Below, piece after piece: positions 62,564 through 64,000 of a stretch of DNA of 64,000 bases; the first letter of the stretch is position 1; every line of letters begins with the position of its first letter. The stretch comes from Chrysomallon squamiferum (taxonomy: Eukaryota; Animalia; Mollusca): the NCBI GenBank assembly GCA_012295275.1, contig CM022666.1:13392001-13456000 (forward strand). The letters run 5' to 3'. Made by a program: the position numbers and the translations under genes. The notes under the pieces were generated by a model. It did no database searches. It was not told the origin of the DNA and saw nothing but the letters and a program-made list of their open reading frames with translations.

Positions 62564-62613
62564 TAACGTCACCCATAATGGTAAACAAACGACATCGTTA
62601 AAATGACGTCATA
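62564..62613. promoter_or_regulatory. Double CRE promoter module of ORF 62659
   Basis: TAACGTCA (TGACGTTA reversed) 62564-62571 and TGACGTCA 62604-62611. Confidence 0.55.
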
Positions 62614-62658
62614 AAAACATTTTAAAAATAAGGACACGCTGCAAAACTGAAGTTTACT

Positions 62659-63657
62659 ATGCAGTCCGCTTTCGCCATGAATGTAATTAAGACAAGAGAA
62701 ATGGAAAGAAAATTAAAAAACTTAGAGGTTCGTGCTTTAAATCTACAAAAACAGTTAAATAAACTTGTCACGCGCGTTGACTTGTTGGAAGAATCGACCG
62801 ATCTTTGTGCCGATGAAGTTGAAGCCGAGAAAAAGATGGTCAGCGTAATGGTGTTGTTGATGAACAGAGACGACAGGGCGTTGTCGTTGTTCCGTTACCT
62901 ATCACTGTTTTTCCCGATGGTCTTGAAGAAAGTCAAGCAGCTTGTAACGAACGTGTCGTCTGTTAAAGATATGTGGAGAAGGTTTGACGACGACAACGTG
63001 TACACGGCATTTACAACAGTGACAAAACAGTTAGGTTTTTCGAGCGCGGATCTGGAGAACATAAAAATTGTTTTCGACATCTTATACGATAAAAAAACGG
63101 TCGAACGCGAAGAAAGGAACATCGTAGATTACCATGCAGACAGAAGACTGGATGCCGATTTAGGGCCTCTGACGTCATCAGCAGGCGACACGGAACTCGG
63201 GGATCTCATGCTGTACGTGAAGAATTTCGACGAAACAGACGCGAAGATGAAGTCGATTGTGCAACGCATGGTAGCTGTGGCTTACTGCTTCAAGTCGGGG
63301 AAAAATGTACCAACATCATGGCTGCCATTTGACGACAAAACTGAAACCGCGCAATACAAAATCTATCACACGACAGACGTCCGTGAAACGAAAAGCGAAA
63401 CGACCTACGGACGTGCAAGATACAATCAAATTAAGAAGATGCACTCGAAGTCTGTGGTGTCCATGTATTTTGAGAAACTGCTGACTAACGTAGAGAAAAA
63501 CAAAAATATCACCGAACGAAGAGTTGTTGATCAACGCACTGATGCCAGAATGCAAGACGATTCCTCTGATTCTAGTTCTGACGATGATTTTCCGAGCATA
63601 GAAGTTGTATCCGTGCATCAGTCAGATACTGAGACGGAAGAAAACAATACTGATTAA
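62659..63657 (+). CDS. Intronless uncharacterised protein, 332 aa (coiled coil, helical domain, acidic tail)
   Basis: 999-nt non-repetitive ORF in AT-rich DNA; heptad N-terminus; DDSSDSSSDDD tail; AATAAA at ~63721; CRE at 62604. Confidence 0.85.
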   Translation: MQSAFAMNVIKTREMERKLKNLEVRALNLQKQLNKLVTRVDLLEESTDLCADEVEAEKKMVSVMVLLMNRDDRALSLFRYLSLFFPMVLKKVKQLVTNVSSVKDMWRRFDDDNVYTAFTTVTKQLGFSSADLENIKIVFDILYDKKTVEREERNIVDYHADRRLDADLGPLTSSAGDTELGDLMLYVKNFDETDAKMKSIVQRMVAVAYCFKSGKNVPTSWLPFDDKTETAQYKIYHTTDVRETKSETTYGRARYNQIKKMHSKSVVSMYFEKLLTNVEKNKNITERRVVDQRTDARMQDDSSDSSSDDDFPSIEVVSVHQSDTETEENNTD

Positions 63658-64000
63658 AAAAAAACTTGATAAATAACAGTGTGAAGATACAACATATTTG
63701 ATTTAGAAAAAAAAAATAATAATAAATGAAAAATGTTCGTATCTGCATTGATTCTTTGTCTACTTCTAATACTACTACTGTTGTTGTTGTTGCTGTTGTT
63801 GTTGTTGTTGTTATTATTATTATTATTTCAATTATTTTACTCTATTCTATTTTTTTTCTGTAATTTTATTTCATTTTAATTTATTTTCGTTTTTATTTCT
63901 AATTATCCCGTAATTTCCTATTATTATTACTTACTTTAATAATAATAATAACAACAAAGATGTTAAAATTCATGATTTGAATGAAAGAAAACAGAAAAAA

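Overview
Eukaryotic, very AT-rich and microsatellite-rich animal DNA. It is probably a gastropod mollusc; this is inferred from gene sequences and decayed tRNA-derived SINE fragments. Hand splicing recovers the following genes. (1) The first two coding exons of a profilin (minus strand, runs off the left edge). (2) Four tRNA-Thr(AGT) genes, three on minus at 1.5-5.1 kb and one on plus at 32.2 kb. (3) A 14-coding-exon angiomotin gene (9993-25092, ~745 aa) with an apparent +1 frameshift in exon 8 and TEAD/AP-1 motif clusters upstream. (4) A 4-exon, 137-aa 'half-FAIM' gene (40783-53321) in which a basic helix replaces the N-terminal FAIM domain, with a perfect RFX X-box in its promoter. (5) A secreted protein with HGYSSGNR repeats (minus, 58.4-58.9 kb). 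(6) Two intronless orphan ORFs (61468-61851, 62659-63657) that share an N-terminal coiled-coil motif, a C-terminal acidic FxxI motif and a matching double-CRE promoter. Nearly all other ORFs in the supplied track are microsatellite artefacts. All calls were made by eye with no database searches; homology statements rely on remembered family motifs.
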